64,000 bases of DNA from Eledone cirrhosa. Taxonomy: Eukaryota. The DNA lies in contig OZ024742.1 in NCBI GenBank assembly GCA_964016885.1, positions 205,468,001 through 205,532,000 on the forward strand, written 5' to 3'. A model generated the notes under the pieces. The model made no database searches and was not told the origin of the DNA. It saw only the letters and a program-made list of their open reading frames with translations. Position numbers and translations under genes: made by a program. Below are positions 19,216 through 31,823 of the stretch, piece by piece. Each line of letters begins with the position of its first letter. Within the stretch, counting starts at the first letter, position 1.

Positions 19216-19276
19216 TTTCATTTACCAGTGGTTTCTTGAAAGCAAACAAAATTTGCTTTCATTCATCAGAATGAAA
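19216..19276 (-). ncRNA. Minimal hammerhead ribozyme (family 4)
   Basis: UUUCAUU-CUGAUGA-AUGAAAGC..GCUUUCAA-GAAA-CCACUGG-UA-AAUGAAA. Confidence 0.85.
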
Positions 19277-19479
19277 AAAACCCTGGTGTATTTATCGACC
19301 GGATTCTAAAAACTAAAATATAATCTATATGAAAGTGAGGCTGGAAAAAGAAAGAGAGGAAAAGAAGAGGAAAAAGAATAAATATAAAAGTAGATAAACA
19401 GACATGCACACACACATGCATATACATACATACATATAAACACACACATATACACATACACACATATATATATATATTT

Positions 19480-19670
19480 AGGGTGGTGGATTGGCAGTAT
19501 CGGTAGAGGGTCGGACGCCATGCTTTCCAGCATAGTTACGTCCCTTTACGATCTGAGTTCAAATCCCGCCGAGGTTGACTTTGCCTTTCATCCTTACGGG
19601 GTCGATAAAATAAAGTACCAGTAATGCACTGGGTAATTGCTGGCCTTGTGCCTAAAGTAGAAACAATTAT
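19480..19670 (+). mobile_element. tRNA-derived SINE (type 2)
   Basis: A-box-like TGGCAGTATCGG, B-box GAGTTCAAATCC, body GACTTTGCCTTTCATCC..GGGTCGATAAAATAAAGTACCAGT; second copy at 48083. Confidence 0.8.
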
Positions 19671-19752
19671 ATATATATATATATATACATACATATATAC
19701 ATATACACACATATATAGACACATATACATACATATATAGACACATATACAT

Positions 19753-19806
<54 letters not shown>

Positions 19807-20223
19807 CCATACATACACATACACATACACGCACATGCATATATATACATATATACACAGGCATACATATATACACACACCTACATACACACATACATAC
19901 GCACATATATATATATATAGATATATGTACACACACGTACATAATTAATTATAAGAAAATAATACTAAAAAAATAATGCAAAAGGCCGTTACATCAAAAT
20001 AAAAAAATATACGACTTAAGAAAATAAAAAATAATAAACATTATTATACAAGAACGGACACAAATAAATAAACAAACACCCTTGGTAAGCAACACACATA
20101 TTTACGCATACACATACATACATATAAATAAATAAATACATACACACACACACACATATATATAACTATACATATATACACATACAATTACATACATATA
20201 TATATATACACACACGCATACAT

Positions 20224-20277
<54 letters not shown>

Positions 20278-20318
20278 AATATAAATATTAATAAAATACA
20301 TGTTCTTTTGATCAATTA

Positions 20319-20373
20319 CATTTTATTATACATATTTCGGATGTACAACAGTACGTCCTCATCAGACAAAATA
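20319..20373 (-). ncRNA. Minimal hammerhead ribozyme (family 5)
   Basis: UAUUUUGU-CUGAUGA-GGACGUAC-UGUU-GUACAUCC-GAAA-UAUGUA-UA-AUAAAAUG. Confidence 0.88.
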
Positions 20374-21213
20374 TGATACATCACATACCCTGAGATGTTA
20401 AATGGTTAAGATTTAATCAAAAGGTCGAAGGGGTAAACAAATAGTTGGGAATACGACAAATAATAAATAAATAAATAAATAAATAAAGGTATAAATGTTT
20501 ATAGCTGATTTAGAGCACTCAACATATTCCTGGAGCAAATGATCAATGAAAATAACCATTTAATCACTCTGTATGTAATTAAGCACATACATACACACAC
20601 ATATATATATATATACACAAAAAACACACACACACAAACAAACACACATATATATACAGATACATATATATATACATATACATAGGAAAAAGTATGACCC
20701 CCGACGGCATACCCACCTTTTTATTTTTAGATATTTATTTCTGTGTGTGTATATATATATAATATGTGTATATATATATAATTATATATATCTCTATGTA
20801 TATGTATGTATAATTGTATTTTTTATATGTTTCTGTTGTAATTCTGGGTGTATATATATATCTATATATATGTGTGTGTGTGTGTGTGTGTTTATTTTTA
20901 TTAAGGTGGTGACGTAACTTTTTGTAGATATGTGTGTGTGTGTATATGTGTATTTTTATATATGTTTCTGTGTGTATATATATAATAGCCTCAGAAACGG
21001 CTTGAGCTCTGCCGTCGGGGTCATACTTTTTCCTATATGTATATGTATGTGTATGTATGTATATATGTGTGTATTTGTATGTGTGTGTGTGTATATATGT
21101 ATGCATAATTACATAGTGATTTAATGCTTATTTTCATTGATTATTTGCTCCAGGAATTGTTGAGTGCTCTAAGTCAGCTATAAACATTTATACCCTTATC
21201 TATTTATTTATTA

Positions 21214-22127
21214 CTAGCAGTAAAGCCCGGCGTTGCTCGGGGTCGCTCAGTAGCTGTGTTAAAGTTACAATGTTAAGTTTCTTTCTTGGCTTAAAAACTG
21301 TAGTGTCTACTGTGCAGACTTGCATGTGGTGTTTTTGATTAATATTCCCTCAACCAACAATATGCCTTATGAAGTTAAGAAAACATAACGATAACCCGAA
21401 TGTTATAACAAAAGAGGATGCTGGGGATAAAAACTGCACTGGTTATTTATTAACAAAGATCGAAAATGTAAACACTGCAACGCAGAGAAAAACATTAGCG
21501 TAACCAAATTATCAGTTATGTCTGTCTGCACGCCTATATCACCTCTCTGCACGACTGTCTGTCTGCACGCCTATATCACCTCTCTGCATGACTGTCTGTC
21601 TGCACGCCTATATCACCTCTCTGCACGACTGTCTGTCTGCACGCGTATATCACCTCTCTGTACGACTGTCTGTCTGCACGACTGTCTGTCTGCATGCCTA
21701 ACGACGAAATATTTGCTTGTTTTACGTAGTCTTTAAATAGACTTGTTTTCAAGTAAAAATATTGTTTTAAAATGCTTTTAAATGGAAATGAAGCAAAACG
21801 GAAGCTTAGTGTTCGAACTGATGAATTTTGCAGGTCAATATTTTGCTGGCTCGACAACTGTTAAAGCCAGCGTAATTTTTTACGTAAGACGCTCAATGTA
21901 AACAGAACAAAGGGAAATAACTGATAACTTACGCTCAAAAATCGATACATTATATTCGATTTCGTCACATAGGGCGGGTCAATTTGAAATTTTTTTTTTC
22001 CGATGTCTTCGCTAGGGCTCAATGTACAAGTATAGCAATTTCGGTGCAATTCCGTGAGAGATTCTAAGAGGAGATGTGTGCCAAAAATCGATAGACAGAC
22101 AGACAACCACAGTTTTATATATATAGA
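21214..22127 (-). mobile_element. Non-autonomous Helitron
   Basis: A|TCTATATAT 5' end, CCCG-AGCAACGC-CGGG subterminal hairpin, CTAG|T 3' end. Confidence 0.88.
21519..21699. repeat. 37-bp minisatellite, 4 full units plus partials, inside Helitron
   Basis: Unit TGTCTGTCTGCACGCCTATATCACCTCTCTGCACGAC. Confidence 0.95.
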
Positions 22128-22167
22128 TTTGCCGTATTCCCAGCTATTTGTTTACCTTTTTATTTTT

Positions 22168-22465
22168 ATCATCATCATCATTTTACGTCCACTTTTCCCT
22201 GCTTGCAAGGGTGGGATGGGAACTGATTCTGTCTTGATTTCTACAGCTGGATGCCCTTCCTGACACCAACCTCATTTACAGTGAGTGCTGGGTGCTTTTT
22301 GCCGTGGAATTATAGGGACCCCATCTCATTTCTACAGCTGAGTAAACTGGAGCAATGTGAAATAAAGTGTCTTGCTCAAGGAAACAACACATCAGCCGGT
22401 CTGAGAATTGAACTCACAACCTTTCGATTGCAAGGCCAATGCTCTAACCACTAAGCCATGTGCCT

Positions 22466-22467
<2 letters not shown>
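22168..22467 (-). mobile_element. tRNA-derived SINE (type 1) with RTE-type 3' end
   Basis: A box TGGCTTAGTGG, B box GAGTTCAATTC, body CCTTGAGCAAGACACTTTATTTCAC, (GAT)n tail. Confidence 0.88.
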
Positions 22468-22519
<52 letters not shown>

Positions 22520-22609
22520 ATGCATGTGTGTGTATATATATGTATATATTTATGAGTTAAACAAGGTTCAATGAATACATCTAAGAATGTGTGTGTATGT
22601 ATATGTATG

Positions 22610-22646
<37 letters not shown>

Positions 22647-23273
22647 GTATGTATGTGTATGTATGTGTGTGTGTATGTATTTATTTATATGTATGTATGT
22701 GTAATTGTGTGTATTGCTTACCACGTGTGTTCATTTATTTGTCTCCTGTATCGCTGTCAACTTTATAATAATTTTTACATTTATTTTTATTCTTATGTGA
22801 CGGCCTATATGGTCGTCTATTATATTTTTTGTGTGTGTGCGTATGTAGGTGCGTGTACATATATCTATATTTGTGTGTGCGTATGTATGCGTGTATATGT
22901 GTATGTATGTGTGCGTATGTATATATGTATGATTGTGTGTATATATATATATATATATAGATGTATATATATATATATATAAAAATATATATATATATAT
23001 ACGTGTGTGTGTATTTGTGCGTATGTGTATGTATGGATATGTGGATATATATGTGTGTATGTATGTATATGTATACATTTGTGTATTTGTACGTGTATGT
23101 ATGTGTGTGTGTGTATGTATGTATGTATATATATATATATGTATGTATATATATATGTGTGTGCGCGCGCTTGTATGTTTATTTTTCCTTTCCTTCTTCC
23201 TTTTCCAGCCTCACTTTCATATAGATTATACTTTTGTTTTTAAAATCCAATGTCAATAAATACACCAGGATTT

Positions 23274-23334
23274 TTTCATTCTGATGATTGAGAGCCAAAT
23301 TTGTTTGCTTTCAAGAAACCACTGGTAAATGAAA
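23274..23334 (+). ncRNA. Minimal hammerhead ribozyme (family 4)
   Basis: UUUCAUU-CUGAUGA-UUGAGAGC..GCUUUCAA-GAAA-CCACUGG-UA-AAUGAAA; GUA site at 23327. Confidence 0.87.
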
Positions 23335-23438
23335 TAATTACCTTATGTTGTTTATTACTTAACTATTAAGTTCTGTAACCTACATAGAGCACTCTTTTTT
23401 CCGTACCTTTCCGACGGAAATACTTCATTTATATAATA

Positions 23439-24559
23439 CTAGCAGTAAAGCCCGGCGTTGCTCGGGGTCGCTCAGTAGCTGTGTTAAAGTTACAATGTTA
23501 AGTTTCTTTTTTGGCTTAAAAACTGTAGTGTCTACTGTGCAGACTTGCATGTGGTGTTTTTGATTAATATTCCCTCAACCAACAATATGCCTTATGAAGT
23601 TAAGAAAACATAACGATAACCCGAATGTTATAACAAAAGAGGATGCTGGGGATAAAAACTGCACTGGTTATTTATTAACAAAGATCGAAAATGTAAACAC
23701 TGCAACGCAGAGAAAAACATTAGCGTAACCAAATTATCAGTTATGTCTGTCTGCACGCCTATATCACCTCTCTGCACGACTGTCTGTCTGCACGCCTATA
23801 TCACCTCTCTGCACGACTGTCTGTCTGCACGCCTATATCACCTCTCTGCACGACTGTCTGTCTGCATGCCTATATCACCTCTCTGCACAACTGTCTGCCT
23901 GCACGCCTATATCACCTCTCTGCACGACTGTCTGTCTGCACGCCTATATCACCTCTCTGCACGACTGTCTGTCTGCACGCCTAACGAAATTTATAGATAC
24001 ATATATTTTAAATAAACTTATATAATTTTTGCTTTTTTTTACGAAATATTTGCTTGTTTTACGTAGTCTTTAAATAGACTTGTTTTCAAGTAAAAATATT
24101 GTTTTAAAAGGCTTTTAAATGGAAATGAAGCAAAACGGAAGCTTAGTGTTCGAACTGATGAATTTTGCAGGTCAAAATTTTGCTGGCTCGACAACTGTTC
24201 GAGTATTGTGTTAATGTCATTTTAAACGCTGAGAAAGCCAGTGTAATTTTTTTAATTTTTGACAGCGTAATTTTTTTAATTTTTGCACGCAGAAAATGTA
24301 AACAGAACGTAAGACGCTACGCTGAATGTAAACAGAACAAAGGGAAATAACTCATCACTTACGCTCAAAAATCGATACATTATATTCGATTTCATCAGAT
24401 AGGGCGGGTCAATTTGAAATTTTTTTTTTCCGATGTCTTCGCTAGGGCTCAATGTACAAGTATAGCAATTTCGGTGCAATTCCGTGAGAGATTCTAAGAG
24501 GAGATGTGTGCCAAAAATCGATAGACAGACAGACAACCTCAGTTTTATATATATATAGA
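23439..24559 (-). mobile_element. Non-autonomous Helitron (same family as 21214-22127)
   Basis: Same termini and hairpin; 6 units of the 37-bp minisatellite at 23744-23983. Confidence 0.88.
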
Positions 24560-24579
24560 TATAACAAATATATATATAT

Positions 24580-24889
24580 GGAGGCACATAGCTCAGTGGT
24601 TAGAGCGTTCAATTCTCAGACCAGGTGATGTTTTGTTTCCTTGAGCAAGACACTTTATTTCACATTGCTCCAGTTTACTCAGCTGTAGAAATGAGATGAT
24701 AGGGGCTGGGGTCCATATCATTCCACTGCAAAGTGGTCGTGGAGGTGCCACGGCAAAAAAGCACCCAGCACTCACTGTAAATGAGGTTGGTCTTAGGAAG
24801 GGCATCCAGCTGTAGAAATCAAGCCAGAATCAGTTCCCGTCCCACCCTTGTAAGCAGGGAAAAAGCGGACGTAAGATGAAATGAAATGA
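24580..24889 (+). mobile_element. tRNA-derived SINE (type 1), deletion in tRNA head
   Basis: Homologous to 22168-22467 and 44485-44824. Confidence 0.85.
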
Positions 24890-24945
24890 TACAAATATAT
24901 ATATATATATACACACAAATATATATATACACAAATATATATATA

Positions 24946-25001
24946 TCATCATCATCATCATTTAACGTCCGTGTTCCACACTTGCATGGGTTTGGACGGG
25001 A
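24946..25001 (-). mobile_element. RTE subfamily B 3' tip
   Basis: Reverse complement of CCCGTCCAAACCCATGCAAGTGTGGAACACGGACGTTAAA(TGA)n. Confidence 0.8.
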
Positions 25002-25004
25002 GTT

Positions 25005-25754
25005 ATATATACACAAATATATACAAATATATACATATATATATATGTACAAATATATATATGTATATACATATACAAATATATGTATATATACAAATAT
25101 ATATATATATATATACACATACAAATATATATATATACATATACAAATATATATATATACATGTACAAATATATATATATACATGTACAAATATATATAT
25201 ATACATGTACAAATATATATATATATACATATACAAATATATATATATATACATATACAAATATATATATATATACATATACAAATATATATATATATAT
25301 ACATATACAAATATATATATATATACATATACAAATATATATATATATACATATACAAATATATATATATATACATACATATACAAATATATATATATAT
25401 ATACATATACAAATATATATATATATACATATACAAATATATATATATATATACATATACAAATATATATATATATACATATACAAATATATATATATAT
25501 ACATATACAAATATATATATATATATACATATACAAATATATATATATATACATATACAAATATATATATATATATACATATACAAATATATATATATAT
25601 ACAAATATACAAATATATATATATATACAAATATATATACATATACAAATATATATATATATACAAATATATATATATATACATATACAAATATATATAT
25701 ATATACAAATATATATATATATACATATACAAATATATATATATATATACATAT
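25005..25754. repeat. (TA)nCATATACAAA microsatellite array
   Basis: Directly visible. Confidence 0.97.
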
Positions 25755-26050
25755 TAGAAAGATCGAGTATCGAAAAATCGGCGCACGAGTTCACGATAAA
25801 CAATATTCGAAATGAGCGGCAGAGGGCTCAATAATTCAGATGAATCAGAGCTATAACTATCGTTAAAATACCGTCACACATAGAACAAGTCTACAATCAA
25901 CCATACGATAAAAAAAATCGATAATAGAAGATTCGGGACAAACAGATAAAAAATATCAATAAAACAATACATCAATAATTTAAATGAATATATACAAATA
26001 TATATATATATACAAATATATATATATATATATACAAATATATATATATA

Positions 26051-27859
26051 TATAACCACACGTATCGTTAACCAGGTAATACTAGAGGGGGCCATACCAA
26101 AAGATTGGTGCAGTAGCATCATTGTCAACTGCTACAAAGGTAAAGGCGATGCACTAGATAGAGGAAACTATAGAGGTATAAAGTTGATGGGCCAGGTCAT
26201 GAAAGTAACAGAAAGAGTTATAGCACAGCTGATTAGGGACCGGGTGAATATAGACGAGATGCAATTTGGGTTTGTACCAGGAAGAGTACCTAGCTAAAAG
26301 TAAGCCACTCTACTTGGCATTTGTCGACCTTGAGAAAGCCTTTGACAGAGTTCCACGTGCAGTAATCTGGTGGGCTCTTAGAAAACTAGGAGTAGATGAA
26401 TGGCTTGTGAAAGCGGTACAAGCCATGTATAGGGGAGCAGTCAGCAAAGTTAGGATTGGCAATGAGTATAGCGAGGAATTTAGCGTACAGGTTGGGGTCC
26501 ACCAGGGCTCTGTTCTTAGCCCTCTCCTGTTCATCATAGTCCTGCAGGCAATAACGGAGGAGTTTAAGACCGGATGCCCATGGGAACTCCTGTATGCTGA
26601 TGACCTCGCACTCATAGCTGAATCTATGGTAGAACTAGAGAATAAATTCCAAACCTGGAAGCAGGGACTAGAGAGAAAGGGTCTCAAAGTCAACATGACA
26701 AAGACTAAGGTCCTTATAAGTAGACGAGAAAACAGAACCCAGATCCCCTCAGGGAAATGGCCTTGCTCAGTATGTAGGAAAGGTGTAGGTAGGAACTCCA
26801 TTCTCTGCCCCAAATGCAAACAATGGGTACACAAGAGATGTAGCGGGATCTCAGGAAGCTTAATTAAGAATGTAGGATTCACATGCAGCAGCTGTGCTGA
26901 AACAGCAAGCAAACAGCCACAGGAAACAAGTACCACCAATCTCTGGGAGGGCCCTGTAGAAACAGTAGACAGCTTCTGCTACCTAGGTGACCGAATTAGC
27001 AACGGAGGTGGATGCTCAGAAAGTACAATAACTAGGGTAAGAACGGGATGGAAGAAGTTTAGGGAACTACTACCACTGCTAGCTGCAAAAGGCTTCTCCC
27101 TCAGAATGAAAGGCAGACTGTATGATGCGTGTATCCGAACAGCGATGTTGCATGGTAGTGAGACCTGGGCGCTGAAGGTGGAAGACTTACGTAGATTAGA
27201 GAGAAACGAAGCCTGCATGCTCCGATGGATGTGTAACAGTAATATACGTGAACGACAAAGCATAAAGGAATTGAGAGAGAGACTGAGCATAAGAGGAATC
27301 AAATGCTGCGTGCAGGAGAGGCGGTTACGCTGGTATGGACATGTGATGCGTATGAAGGATGACAGCTGCATAAAAAGGTGCAGAGCACTAGAAGTTGATG
27401 GAAACCGCGGAGTGGGGAGACCCAAGATGACTTGGGATGAGGTGATAAAAGCCGACCTTACCCAACTACACCTCTCAAAGTCAATGACACACGACCGTGA
27501 CTTCTGGCGTCACGCAGTAATACAGGGTACCCGACCTCCCATGGGTACATGCTGAAGCATATAAACAATATGCCCCCCCCCCCCCACCGCAAGGTGGTCG
27601 TGGAGGTGCCACGGCAAAAAAGCACCCAGCCCACACTGTAAAGTGGACGTGTAGGCGCCACGAAAAAGCACCCAGCACTCACTGTAAATGAGGTTGGTGT
27701 TAGGAAGGGCATCCAGCTGTAGAAATCAAGCCAGATCAGTTCCTGTATGAGCAAGGCATGGTCAGCCGACCAGACACTGCCCACAACAGGACAACCCGTC
27801 TAACCCATGCTAGCGTGGAAGAACGGACGTAAAACGGTGATGATGATGATGATGATGAT
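26051..27859 (+). mobile_element. RTE LINE subfamily A, 5'-truncated, small internal deletion near 26285
   Basis: RT motifs DLEKAFD, GVHQGS, YADD, YLG in ORF 26266-27555; (GAT)n tail. Confidence 0.96.
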
Positions 27860-27970
27860 ATACAAATATATATATATATATATACAAATATATATATATA
27901 TATACAAATATATATATCTATATATATACAAATATATATATATATATACAAATATATATATATATACAAA

Positions 27971-28721
27971 TAATATAAGATCAAAAGATGGTTAAAGGAG
28001 TTCCATGTATTTTATTATGCGCATTTCAAAAACAAACATCATCATGCAATAATATTTGTGTTTTCATCAGATAAAACAGGAGAACATATGAAGGCTAAAA
28101 AACACTTGTGGATAGTGCAGTTTTAAATCAACATATGAAAAGTGGTTTTAGATTGATGTGTGATATTGGGAAAAATATTTTATTTAGAGAGGGGGGGTGG
28201 AAAGGATGAAAAAGGGGAGGAGATGAGAGGGAGAGATGGGTGATAGAGAGAAAGAAAGAGATAGTTTTTATAACTTGTTTTACATAGAGGTTGAAAACCG
28301 TTGGAAGATAATGTATAAATTAAAAATTTGAAATTAACGAAGGGAGGATATGTGCGAGGAAAGAATATTTTATTTATGGAGGGGGGGGGGGTGAAAAAAA
28401 GGGGGAGGAGATGAGAGTGAAGGTGGAGAGGGAGAGATGAGTGATAGAGAGAAAGAGATAGTTTTTATAACTGAGAAAAAGAAATTTGAAAATTAACGAA
28501 GGGAATTTATGTATGAAGATAGAGAGAAAAAAAATAATAATTGTGGATGAATATTCTAACGTCAAAAAAAGTGTGTGTTGATAAGTATTGTGGCAATTTC
28601 AAAATTAACGAAGAGAAAAATTATTAAGGTTTTTGTGTAGAAGGATTTGAGAAAAATAATGTGAAGTTAAAGTTTGTATATTGAAGGAATTGATAATATA
28701 TGCGAATAAAGAGTTAATATA

Positions 28722-28722
<1 letters not shown>
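27971..28722 (-). mobile_element. Non-coding PLE pLTR/retrozyme-like remnant (family 6)
   Basis: Contains hammerhead; 27971-28140 is homologous (inverted) to 36534-36703. Confidence 0.6.
28008..28078 (-). ncRNA. Hammerhead ribozyme (family 6)
   Basis: UGUUUUAU-CUGAUGA-AAACACAAAUAUUAUU..GAUGAUGUUUGUUUUU-GAAA-UGCGCA-UA-AUAAAAUA. Confidence 0.87.
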
Positions 28723-28759
<37 letters not shown>

Positions 28760-29460
28760 AATATATACAAATATATATATATATATACAAATATATATAT
28801 ATATATACAAATATATATATATATATATACATATACAAATATATATATATATATACATATACAAATATATATATATACATATACAAATATATATATATAT
28901 ATATACACAAATATATATATATATATATACACAAATATATATATATATATATACACAAATATATATATATATATATACACAAATATATATATATATATAT
29001 ATACAAACATATATATATATATACAAACATATATATATATATACAAATATATATATATATATATATACAAACATATATATATATATATACAAATATATAT
29101 ATATATATATATACACAAATATATATATATATATATATATACACAAATATATATATATATATATATACAAACATATATATATATATATACAAATATATAT
29201 ATATATATATATACACAAATATATATATATATATATATATACACAAATATATATATATATATATATATACACAAATATATATATATATATATATACACAA
29301 ATATATATATATATATATATATATACACAAATATATATATATATATATGCACAAATATATATATATATATATATACAAACATATATATATATATACAAAT
29401 ATATATATATATATATATACAAATATATATATATATATACAAATATATATATATATATAT

Positions 29461-29503
<43 letters not shown>
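28723..29503. repeat. (TA)nCAAA microsatellite array
   Basis: Directly visible. Confidence 0.98.
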
Positions 29504-29506
<3 letters not shown>

Positions 29507-31823
29507 TGAGGAAAGAAAGTTCAAGCATGTTCTACAACGCGATGACCAAAAACGTGAGGTGTTCAGGATTGCTAGGCAATGCGTCAAGGAAAACCGTGAT
29601 ATTGTCGGGGAGAAGTGTGTACTAAACGCCGATGGCACACTTGCCATCATCGACGCTGATAAGAAGGTAGCTTGGAAGTGTCACTATGAAAGGCTACTAA
29701 ATGAGGAGAATAAATGGGAGAAAGACAGTCTCCCCCATATCGACCCAATAGAGGGACCAGCAGTGTTAGTCGAGGGGAGTATAATAAGTAAGGCAATCAA
29801 GGATATGAAGACGGGTAAGGCGGCTGGGCCTTCGGAAATAGTTGCTGAGATGCTGAAGGCATCTGGCACGGTGGGACACACCATGGTCACCCGCATAGTT
29901 AACCAAGTCGTACAGAATGGGGTTGTTCCGAAGGACTGGCATAGCAGCATCATCGTTAACTGTTATAAGGGTAAAGGAGACGCCCTAGATAGGAGTAACT
30001 ATAGAGGCATTAAATTAATCGACCAGGTCATGAAGGTCACGGAAAAAGTAATAGCGCAACTAATCAGAGAGAGAATTGACCTAGATGAAATGCAGTTCGG
30101 GTTTGTGTCTGGCAAAAGTACCACAGACGCTCTTTTCATTGTACGACAACTACAGGAGAAGTACCTAGCTAAGGGTAAACCCCTCTACTTAGCTTTTGTC
30201 GACTTGGAGAAAGCCTTCGACAGAGTCCCCCGCTCCATTATCTGGTGGGCTCTTAGAAAACTAGGCGTTGACGAATGGTTTGTGAGAGCTATACAAGCCA
30301 TGTATAAAGAAACAGTCAGCAAGGTTAGAATTAACAACGAATATAGTGAAGAGTTTAGCGTAAAAGTTGGCGTCCATCAGGGCTCTGTTCTCAGCCACCT
30401 ACTATTTATTATTGCCCTTCAGGCTATAACAGAGGAGTTCAAGACCGGCTGCCCATGGGAACTCCTATACGCAGACGACCTGACACTCATAGCGGAATCA
30501 ATGGCCGAGCTAGAGAAGAAATTCCAAACATGGAAGCACGGCCTAGAATCAAAAGGCCTTAAAATTAACCTGGCTAAGACTAAAGTTCTAGTTTGTAGGA
30601 AAGAAAATAAGGCGACGGTCCCTTCTGGGAAATGGTCGTGCTCGGTGTGTAGGAAAGGCGTAGGTAGAAACTCCATTTTATGTCCTAAATGCAAAGTATG
30701 GGTGCATAAAAGATGTAGTGGGATCACAGGTAAGCTAACTAAGAACATAGATTTTACATGTGGCCGGTGCTCTGGTGCAATAAGTAGCAGCAAGTGCCCA
30801 CGAAATACTAGCTCTTTCAATTGCGCAGAGGGTTCTATAGAAATAGTGGACAGTTTCCGTTACCTGGGTGATAAAATCAGCAGTGGGGGAGGGTGCTCTG
30901 AAAGTACAGTAGCTAGAGTCAGAACTGGTTGGAAAAAGTTCAGAGAGCTTATACCACTATTAGCTGCTAAAGGGTTCTCCCTAAAAATGAAAGGCAGGTT
31001 GTACGATGCCTGCATACGAACAGCAATGTTGCATGGCAGTGAGACCTGGGCATTGTGTGCAGAGGATATACGCAGACTAGAGAGGAACGAAGCTTGCATG
31101 CTCCACTGGATGTGTAACAGTAATATACGTGAACGGCAAAGCATAAACGAACTAAGGAAAAAATTAGAAATAAGAGGGATCAGATGTTGTTTACTCGAGA
31201 GAAGGCTACGTTGGTATCGACACGTGATGCGCATGAAAGTCGATAGCTGTATAACAAAGTGCAGGGCAATAAAGATAGACGGTAGCCACGGAATAGGCAG
31301 ACCTAGAAAAACCTGGGATGAGCTGATAAACTCCGACCTCACACACTTACACCTCTCCAAGACAATGTCACTGGACCGAGACCTTTGGCGGTACTCAGTA
31401 ACAGTGAAGACCCGCCTTACCTAAATACATAGTAAAACCTACTACAGCCAGTAGGCATCTCTAACAAAATACCCCCCCCCCCTGTCCCACCACCCCCACC
31501 CTATCCACGCCACCCCGTTCTATGTAAAGTTGTGTTGGTGCCACACCATCCAGGCCGAAACAAATGAGATCGTGTAGGTGTCACGACAAAAAAACACACA
31601 GTCCATGCTGTAATGTGGCCGTGTAGGCAACACGGTAAAAACCTCCCAGTCCCACACTGTAAATGTGGTTGGTGTTAGGAAGGGCATCCAACTGTAGAAA
31701 ACCTGCCAGACAGTCCTATGCGAGCAAGACAATCACTCTTGCCTCAAGTGGGACTACCCCCGTCCAAACCCATGCAAGCGTGGAACACGGACGTTAAACG
31801 TTGATGATGATGATGATGATGAT
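29504..31823 (+). mobile_element. RTE LINE subfamily B, 5'-truncated
   Basis: Uninterrupted RT ORF, ~375-bp 3'UTR, (GAT)n tail. Confidence 0.96.
29559..31424 (+). CDS. RTE reverse transcriptase with PHD-type finger (no endonuclease; truncated copy)
   Basis: [56 protein letters not shown]. Confidence 0.9.
   Translation: MFRIARQCVKENRDIVGEKCVLNADGTLAIIDADKKVAWKCHYERLLNEENKWEKDSLPHIDPIEGPAVLVEGSIISKAIKDMKTGKAAGPSEIVAEMLKASGTVGHTMVTRIVNQVVQNGVVPKDWHSSIIVNCYKGKGDALDRSNYRGIKLIDQVMKVTEKVIAQLIRERIDLDEMQFGFVSGKSTTDALFIVRQLQEKYLAKGKPLYLAFVDLEKAFDRVPRSIIWWALRKLGVDEWFVRAIQAMYKETVSKVRINNEYSEEFSVKVGVHQGSVLSHLLFIIALQAITEEFKTGCPWELLYADDLTLIAESMAELEKKFQTWKHGLESKGLKINLAKTKVLVCRKENKATVPSGKWSCSVCRKGVGRNSILCPKCKVWVHKRCSGITGKLTKNIDFTCGRCSGAISSSKCPRNTSSFNCAEGSIEIVDSFRYLGDKISSGGGCSESTVARVRTGWKKFRELIPLLAAKGFSLKMKGRLYDACIRTAMLHGSETWALCAEDIRRLERNEACMLHWMCNSNIRERQSINELRKKLEIRGIRCCLLERRLRWYRHVMRMKVDSCITKCRAIKIDGSHGIGRPRKTWDELINSDLTHLHLSKTMSLDRDLWRYSVTVKTRLT

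Larger units (their letters stand above)
19117..23430. mobile_element. Non-coding fold-back element with hammerheads (PLE pLTR / retrozyme-like), interrupted by SINEs and a Helitron
   Basis: Inverted homology blocks 19117-19400/23170-23430, 19980-20100/22705-22810 and 20480-20710/21010-21212. Confidence 0.65.

Noticed and set aside
22390-22467. tRNA-like sequences with A and B boxes (also 44750-44824, 47758-47830)
   Set aside because: They continue into SINE bodies and lack a proper acceptor stem; SINE heads, not tRNA genes
21519-23983. 37-bp repeats of CRISPR-like length
   Set aside because: Head-to-tail with no unique spacers, inside Helitrons, in eukaryotic DNA
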